Made by a program: the position numbers and the translations under genes
Notes under the pieces: model-generated
Told to the model about the DNA's origin: nothing
The model's input: the letters and a program-made list of their open reading frames with translations, nothing else
The model's database searches: none
Assembly: GCA_904501915.1 (NCBI GenBank)
Contig: CAJGCV010000001.1
Span: forward strand, 17,280 to 81,279
DNA: 64,000 nucleotides
Direction of reading: 5' to 3'
DNA from: an uncultured Akkermansia sp.
Lineage (GTDB): Bacteria; Verrucomicrobiota; Verrucomicrobiia; Verrucomicrobiales; Akkermansiaceae
Part shown: positions 58,243-64,000 of the stretch, in pieces
Layout of the letters: the number at the start of each line of letters is the position of its first letter
Position numbering within the stretch: the first letter of the stretch is position 1

Positions 58243-60399
58243 ATGAACATCTTTCGCAATCTTGCAATAGCGGTGCTTCTCTGCTGCGGACAAAGTTTCG
58301 CGCAGATGGAGGGCATGTTCGGGTTGGATGTGCCATCTACCATGAATGTATCCTACGCGCCGAGTGTGACAAGCTACGCACCCGGCAAGCCGTTCTACAT
58401 GGCGCTGCGTACAGATATCACAGCGCCCTGGCATGCGTACTGGCGCAATCCCGGCACCGTGGGCGAAGCCATGACGGCAGAACTGACAGCCCCGGATGGG
58501 TTCAGCGTCAAAGGTCCATACTGGCAGGTACCCCACAAGCACGAAGGTGTGCTGGGCGTGGCATATACGTACGAAAATGTTATCGTAGTGTGGGAAATCA
58601 CCCCTGCGGCAAACGCTCCTGCAAAAGCAAGTTTTTCCATGTCTGCCACAGCACAGACCTGCTCAGATGAAGGTTGCAATCCCCCTGAAACCCAGACCGT
58701 CTCCATAGAGATGAGCGCCGGGGATGCCCAGCCGAACCCGGTATGGGCTGGCGAGCAGACCAAGGTCGAGGGATTAGGCGATACTCCCACTACTGCAACT
58801 GCCACCCAGAGCGGCAACAGCGTAAGCATCAGCTTTACTGCTGACCCCGGGCTCACTTCTGCATATTTCTTCTCTGCCGATAACAGCATCGCGCCCACAG
58901 CTGCCCAGACGCTCACCGACAATGGCAATGGCAGCTACACGCTCGCCCTCACACGCAACGACAACAGCGACCCCATGTACCCGGTCAGGGATGAAGCCAG
59001 CGTCGGCAAGCCCCTCGCACAGCTGGAAGGTCTGCTGGTATATGGCGACAAGCACAGCAGCATCAGCACCGCCTTCGGCGCTGCAGCCCCTGCCACAGCA
59101 GAGTCAGGAATGCCGGAAGGGCTCGCCGCTCTCTGCCTTTCCCTCTTCATCGGCGGTCTCATCCTGAACCTGATGCCCTGCGTGTTCCCGGTCATCGGTC
59201 TTAAGGTGATGAGCTTTGTACAGATGGGCGGCGGCAGCCGCCGCAAGGTATTCACTCATTCCATGATTTTCGTGCTGGGTATTCTGGTGTCTTTCTGGAT
59301 TATCTCGGCGCTCATGATTATCTTCTCCAACCTGGGCACGCTGGCTGAAGTGCCGTGGACTCAGTGGTTCTCCACCCTCTGGAATGACGCAGGGTCCTCC
59401 ACGCGCAGCTGGGCAGAGTGGATGCAGAATCCCTGGATTGTGTACGCCATCCTTCTGCTTCTGCTGGTGCTGGGATTAAGCATGTACGGTGTATTCGAAA
59501 TCGGAGCCGGCATCACTGGTGCAGGTCAGGGCGTGCAGAACAAGGAAGGTCTGCTGGGTTCATTCTTCCAGGGCTTCTTTGTCACCGTTGTGGCAACACC
59601 TTGCAGTGCACCATTCCTGGGAGCCGCCATGCCCGCAGCCATGGCACTGCCCGGCGTATGGATGACCGTGGCGCTCACCTTCATGGCTCTGGGGCTTTCG
59701 TTCCCCTACATTGTGCTCGGACTCTTCCCTGCTCTGGTACAGCGCCTGCCCCAGCCCGGCGAATGGATGGAATCCCTGAAGCAGGGGCTTTCTTTCCTGC
59801 TCTTTGCCGCGGCCGCCTGGATGCTGTATGTGTACCTTGCTTTCTGGCCAGCCAGCGAGAGCAATGATACCATGTGGGTGAATATGTCTCTGGTGGTGTT
59901 CTGTGCCGCGTTCTGGGTATATGGACGCTGGTGCCTGCCGTTTCGGCCGATGAGCACCCGTACTATCGGCTTTATCGTGGCTCTCACTCTCGCAGCGTCC
60001 GGCTTCTGGGGCGCCCGCCCCTACTCCCCCTCTGAAAACCAGTTGGAGTGGGAGGAATGGACTCCCGCGGCCATGCAGGAAGCACTGGAGAACGACACCC
60101 CGGTATATGTGGATTTCACCGCCAAGTGGTGCGCCACCTGCCAGGCCAACAAGAAAGTGGCCTATACAGATGAGGTGTATGCAGCCATGCAGGAGGCAGG
60201 CGTAGTGCTGATGCGCGCCGACAAGACGGCTCCGAATGAGAAGATTGACGCCGAGATGCGCAAGCTCAACCGCAGTTCTGTTCCGGTCAACGCTCTCTAC
60301 ATTCCCGGCAAGGAACCGGTGGTGACCAGCGAGCTGCTGACCCCTGATTACCTGCTCGACTTCCTGCAGCAACATCTTCCTGCAGAAGACCAGGAATAA
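58243..60399 (+). CDS. dsbD: DsbD-like thiol:disulfide interchange protein
   Basis: Signal peptide, WHAYWRNPG, CSDEGC, NLMPCVFP, ATPCSAPF, thioredoxin WCATC; TTGCAA-18-TAAGAT-7-ATG. Confidence 0.9.
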   Translation: MNIFRNLAIAVLLCCGQSFAQMEGMFGLDVPSTMNVSYAPSVTSYAPGKPFYMALRTDITAPWHAYWRNPGTVGEAMTAELTAPDGFSVKGPYWQVPHKHEGVLGVAYTYENVIVVWEITPAANAPAKASFSMSATAQTCSDEGCNPPETQTVSIEMSAGDAQPNPVWAGEQTKVEGLGDTPTTATATQSGNSVSISFTADPGLTSAYFFSADNSIAPTAAQTLTDNGNGSYTLALTRNDNSDPMYPVRDEASVGKPLAQLEGLLVYGDKHSSISTAFGAAAPATAESGMPEGLAALCLSLFIGGLILNLMPCVFPVIGLKVMSFVQMGGGSRRKVFTHSMIFVLGILVSFWIISALMIIFSNLGTLAEVPWTQWFSTLWNDAGSSTRSWAEWMQNPWIVYAILLLLLVLGLSMYGVFEIGAGITGAGQGVQNKEGLLGSFFQGFFVTVVATPCSAPFLGAAMPAAMALPGVWMTVALTFMALGLSFPYIVLGLFPALVQRLPQPGEWMESLKQGLSFLLFAAAAWMLYVYLAFWPASESNDTMWVNMSLVVFCAAFWVYGRWCLPFRPMSTRTIGFIVALTLAASGFWGARPYSPSENQLEWEEWTPAAMQEALENDTPVYVDFTAKWCATCQANKKVAYTDEVYAAMQEAGVVLMRADKTAPNEKIDAEMRKLNRSSVPVNALYIPGKEPVVTSELLTPDYLLDFLQQHLPAEDQE

Positions 60400-60440
60400 A
60401 TAGAAAAGCAAAAATGCGCAGCATCCCGGCTGCGCGTGGT

Positions 60441-60478
60441 AAAGAAAACCACCTGAGAAATCTCAGGTGGTTTTCTTT
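60441..60478. terminator. Bidirectional intrinsic terminator between dsbD and gatB
   Basis: AAAGAAAACCACCTGAGA-AA-TCTCAGGTGGTTTTCTTT perfect 18-bp inverted repeat. Confidence 0.9.
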
Positions 60479-60522
60479 TGCAGGAAGGGCGAACGCATCA
60501 TCCCTATTTAATGGAGAATGTA

Positions 60523-61986
60523 TCAGAGCCCGAGCTTGGCCAGGATGATTTCTGTCACCATCTTGGGATTGGGCTTAGGATTGCTCACCTTCATGACCTT
60601 GCCGGTCAGCGCATTGATGAGTTTCATGTTGCCACCCTTCACGATGGCGACCATATCCGGGTTTTCGTCCAGCACCTGAGCAACCACGGCATCCAGAGCG
60701 TTTGTATCCGTCTTCTTAAAGCCCATGGCATCGGCAGCTTCAGCAGCGCTCATGCCGGAATCCCACATTTTATCCAGGACCTCGCGAGCCTGGTTGTTGG
60801 AAACGAGACCATCCTCAATAATGTCTACCAGCCCGGACAAAGCCTTGGGAGCAAGCGGACAGGTTTCGATGCTGAGTTCTTTTTCCGCCAGCACCGAGGT
60901 GAGGTTGTTGATGACCCAGTTTGCTACCTTGCGCGGGAACTTGCTACCCTGGGCTGCTTCCTCGAAATAGCGGCAAAGTTTGAAATCGCCCACCAGCGTA
61001 TTGGCATCGGCCACAGGCAGACCGTAGATGCTCTGCAGGCGGGCGTGCAAGGCATCCGGCAGTTCCGGCAGTTCCTCTCTGACCTTCTCCACAATGGGGG
61101 CTGTGTGCGCCGGAATCAGATCCGGGCAGGTGTGGTAACGGTAGTCGTGCGCATTTTCTTTGGTGCGCATCACAATACTCTCACCCAGCGTATCATCCCA
61201 GCGCCGGGTGGATTGCACCTGGGCAATGCCCATATCCAGTTCCTCAGCCTGGCGGTGGATTTCATAAATCAGAGCGCGGCGGGCAGCAGACATGGAGTTG
61301 ATGTTCTTCATCTCAATCTTAGCCCCCAGTTCCTTCTGTCCCTTGGGCCGCAGGGATACATTCACGTCGCAGCGCATCTGCCCCTTCTCCATGTCGGCAT
61401 CAGAAATACCGGCACATATCATCATCTGCTGCAAGCTCTTCAGATACGCATACGTTTCCTCCGGGCTGGTCAGATCCGGAGCAGAGACAATTTCCATGAG
61501 AGGAGTGCCGCCACGGTTGTAGTCTACAAGCGAATATCCGTTGTAGTGAGTCAGTTTGGCGGCATCCTCCTCCAGGTGAATGTGGTCCAGCTTCACCGTG
61601 CGCACCACCGGGCCATCTGCCTTCACCTTGCAGTCTGCCGGGTACGCCCATGCATACAGCGGCACTTCACCGCCAATGCAGAGCGGCAGGTCCAGCTGGC
61701 TGGTCTGGTAGTTCTTGGGCATGTCGGCGTAGAAGTAGTTCTTGCGATCCCACTTGGAGACGGGAGGCGTGCTGCAGCCCAGCATCATGCCTGTCAGGAC
61801 AGTACGTTCAATAGCATATTTGTTAAGCACAGGAAGAGCCCCGGGCATACCCAGACACGTAGGGCATACGTTGGTGTTGGGCTCGTAGCCGAAGCCGGCT
61901 TTGCAGGAGCAGAACATTTTGGTTTCCGTCTTAATCTGGCAGTGGACTTCCAGACCAATGGTCACGAGATAATCTGAAACAGGCAT
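60523..61986 (-). CDS. gatB: Asp-tRNA(Asn)/Glu-tRNA(Gln) amidotransferase subunit B
   Basis: IGLEVHCQ, DRKNYFY, HLEEDA, RCDVNVS, EMKN, DYRY. Confidence 0.97.
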   Translation of the reverse strand: MPVSDYLVTIGLEVHCQIKTETKMFCSCKAGFGYEPNTNVCPTCLGMPGALPVLNKYAIERTVLTGMMLGCSTPPVSKWDRKNYFYADMPKNYQTSQLDLPLCIGGEVPLYAWAYPADCKVKADGPVVRTVKLDHIHLEEDAAKLTHYNGYSLVDYNRGGTPLMEIVSAPDLTSPEETYAYLKSLQQMMICAGISDADMEKGQMRCDVNVSLRPKGQKELGAKIEMKNINSMSAARRALIYEIHRQAEELDMGIAQVQSTRRWDDTLGESIVMRTKENAHDYRYHTCPDLIPAHTAPIVEKVREELPELPDALHARLQSIYGLPVADANTLVGDFKLCRYFEEAAQGSKFPRKVANWVINNLTSVLAEKELSIETCPLAPKALSGLVDIIEDGLVSNNQAREVLDKMWDSGMSAAEAADAMGFKKTDTNALDAVVAQVLDENPDMVAIVKGGNMKLINALTGKVMKVSNPKPNPKMVTEIILAKLGL

Positions 61987-61997
61987 ATGCGGTGGTT

Positions 61998-62933
61998 TTA
62001 TTTAGTTGAAATGATGTTTTCCTGAAGCGCAGCTTCCAGATCTGCGCGGAAAGAGGCATCGAAGACAGACTCGAACAAATGGCAATGTGTGTTGCCAAGT
62101 GATTCGAAGACAGCATCGAGTGCATCTGAAAAAATATCGTAGGTTTCCTCTTCATACCCAGGCAGCGCAGCAATGCGCACAATCTCGCTGCGAATCGCCC
62201 AGAGCACGGGTTCGATGGGGGTCATGGCTTCCCTGGCCTGCATAGCAGTGGCGGGGGTAAAGGCTCGTTTTCCCATTTCGCCAATGGGAACCAGCGTGCG
62301 GAAACGCTGCGTCAGCAATATGAGCTCCGGGGCTGCTTTGGAGGCCGTTTTTACATCCTTTACGCTTTCGAGTATTCTGAGCACCTCGCTATCGGGCTTC
62401 AGAAGCCGTTCAATGCGTCTGATTTCGTTGGCAGATTCCTCCTCTGTAAGAGGTTTTGCAGGTGCATCCTCAAGCAATTCCACATCCGTTTCGGCAAACA
62501 TGCCCATATTGACCGCTTCTTCAAATGCCTTGCTGAGTCGCTTGGAACCGTAACAATTCACCCGGCAAAGAGTCAGGAATTCGCCATGCATATCATCCAG
62601 CGTTTCCAGAATACGCATCTGCACCCCATCCATCATGCCCATGCATTCCGCTCCGGGAGATACCAGCGGCATCTGGCTCAACTTGTTATCAAGTTCATAG
62701 GTGAGGCGCACCAGGGCAATGAAATCAGCCGCTGCATTGTCGGCGTCTTCCTTGTTGCTGATACCGGATAACAGGAACCACATTTCATTGACCGTTTTCA
62801 GGAACGCCTGGCCAAGAGCCTGCGCTTCTGCTGACTGCGCAGGTGCATCCAGCTCCAGCACCTCCTGCGCCTGCCCTGGGAGAATATTTCCCAGCGCAAG
62901 TGATAATCCGGTGATGTAGAGCCATTTTCTCAT
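61998..62933 (-). CDS. Secreted helical hypothetical protein with internal duplication
   Basis: Signal peptide; two similar helical units; TTGCAA-16-TATAAT upstream. Confidence 0.8.
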   Translation of the reverse strand: MRKWLYITGLSLALGNILPGQAQEVLELDAPAQSAEAQALGQAFLKTVNEMWFLLSGISNKEDADNAAADFIALVRLTYELDNKLSQMPLVSPGAECMGMMDGVQMRILETLDDMHGEFLTLCRVNCYGSKRLSKAFEEAVNMGMFAETDVELLEDAPAKPLTEEESANEIRRIERLLKPDSEVLRILESVKDVKTASKAAPELILLTQRFRTLVPIGEMGKRAFTPATAMQAREAMTPIEPVLWAIRSEIVRIAALPGYEEETYDIFSDALDAVFESLGNTHCHLFESVFDASFRADLEAALQENIISTK

Positions 62934-63007
62934 GCAGAATACGCCCGGATATTATACGCCGTCAGATTCAAATTGCAAGCCAAGATTCCTGTAATGGACT
63001 AAATAAC

Positions 63008-64000
63008 CTACGACTGGAAGCGGCGGTTAAGCTCCGACATGGGGAAAGGTAGCAATGTACTCTTGCCGCCAGGGCTGCAATAGGGGATTTCGCACTCCAG
63101 CAAAGCAGCCAGCAATGGCATGGGATTGCGCAGGTACACATCCATATCTTCCTGGCTTGCATATTGTTTTGCCAACTGACGGGCAAAGTGTTCGAAGGGG
63201 CTGCGGTTACGCACCAGCTTCACCTCTCCGCTGGTAAATACGCGCAGAAGTTCCTGTACAAAATCGGCAGCTTTACGCAGCGGAAGAATAGCGGGTACGG
63301 CCTCCAGGCGTAACGTATTCCGGCCAAAAGGGGAAACCTGGAATCCGGCCTGCTCCAGCTGCGGTGAGATTTCCTTTGCAATGCCCATATCCCGGGTATC
63401 AAGCTCCAGCAATTCCGGCACAAGCAGGCGCTGTGAGGTGAGCGGGTGTCGGTGGCTTTCCTGCAACCTCTCAAAAATGATACGCTCGCGAGCCGCCCGC
63501 GGAGACATGAGCACCATGCCCTCTTTGTTTTCAAAAATGGCGTATTGGTTGTGCAGCGTGCCGATGTGCCGGAAGTTCGGCAGATTCACCGTCGGAGCCG
63601 GAGCAACAGATTGCACCACAGGTACCGGAGCCGGAGGTAATTCCAGCTCCTGCTGGCGGGGTGTGACTAATGGTTTTAATTCCAGTATCGGGCGCGGAGC
63701 GGCCGCTTCTTTACGCGGCACAGGCGGAGAAACGGGGTCAAGCTTCCGCTGCGGCAGAGGAACCGGAGACACACTTACAACTGGCGCCGTCTGGGGTAGC
63801 TGTTGCGGCGTGGGCTGTTCCTCGCCCCGTGCATGCGCAGCCAGCGTAGCCGCTACGGCATCCATAATGGCGAGTGTCACTTCTGCCGGACGTCGGAAAC
63901 GCACTTCACGCTTGGCCGGGTGCACGTTTACGTCCACCAGCGCAGGTTCAACTTCAAGATACAGGAAAAGCGCAGGATGCAACCCCGGCGGGAATCCACC
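63008..64000 (-). CDS. mutL: DNA mismatch repair protein MutL, C-terminal part (5' end outside window)
   Basis: VDVNVHPAKREVRF, Pro-rich linker, ERIIFE, QRLLVP clamp-binding-like motif. Confidence 0.93.
   Translation of the reverse strand, partial: GGFPPGLHPALFLYLEVEPALVDVNVHPAKREVRFRRPAEVTLAIMDAVAATLAAHARGEEQPTPQQLPQTAPVVSVSPVPLPQRKLDPVSPPVPRKEAAAPRPILELKPLVTPRQQELELPPAPVPVVQSVAPAPTVNLPNFRHIGTLHNQYAIFENKEGMVLMSPRAARERIIFERLQESHRHPLTSQRLLVPELLELDTRDMGIAKEISPQLEQAGFQVSPFGRNTLRLEAVPAILPLRKAADFVQELLRVFTSGEVKLVRNRSPFEHFARQLAKQYASQEDMDVYLRNPMPLLAALLECEIPYCSPGGKSTLLPFPMSELNRRFQS

Overview
A gene-dense, mostly housekeeping 64-kb segment of a bacterial chromosome. Gene set and protein style suggest an Akkermansia-like Verrucomicrobiota genome (inference, no search run). 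It holds about 50 CDS (sod, alr, argH, argG, ahpC, dxr, tsaB, prmA, tlyA, recG, aroA, dnaG, uvrD/rep, dsbD, gatB, mutL, GH18, GH20, Gld-like ABC operon, Sel1/ankyrin proteins) and the RNase P RNA gene. I saw no tRNA, rRNA, CRISPR array, prophage or intact transposase. Main observations: (1) many genes have a sigma70 -35/17 bp/-10 promoter ending 6-7 nt before the start codon, the same offset as at rnpB, implying widespread leaderless mRNAs; (2) an unlisted 50-aa His-rich lipoprotein sits in tandem with a His/Pro-repeat lipoprotein; (3) a NadE-like protein lacking its catalytic motifs lies directly upstream of a stand-alone AP2-like gene whose AUG is buried in a hairpin; (4) MutL has degenerate endonuclease motifs; (5) two intergenic regions carry heptamer repeats, one with a mobile-element-like scar; (6) PerR/Fur-like palindromes lie at ahpC and a CDF exporter; (7) an AT-rich two-gene surface-glycan islet sits between dxr and argG.
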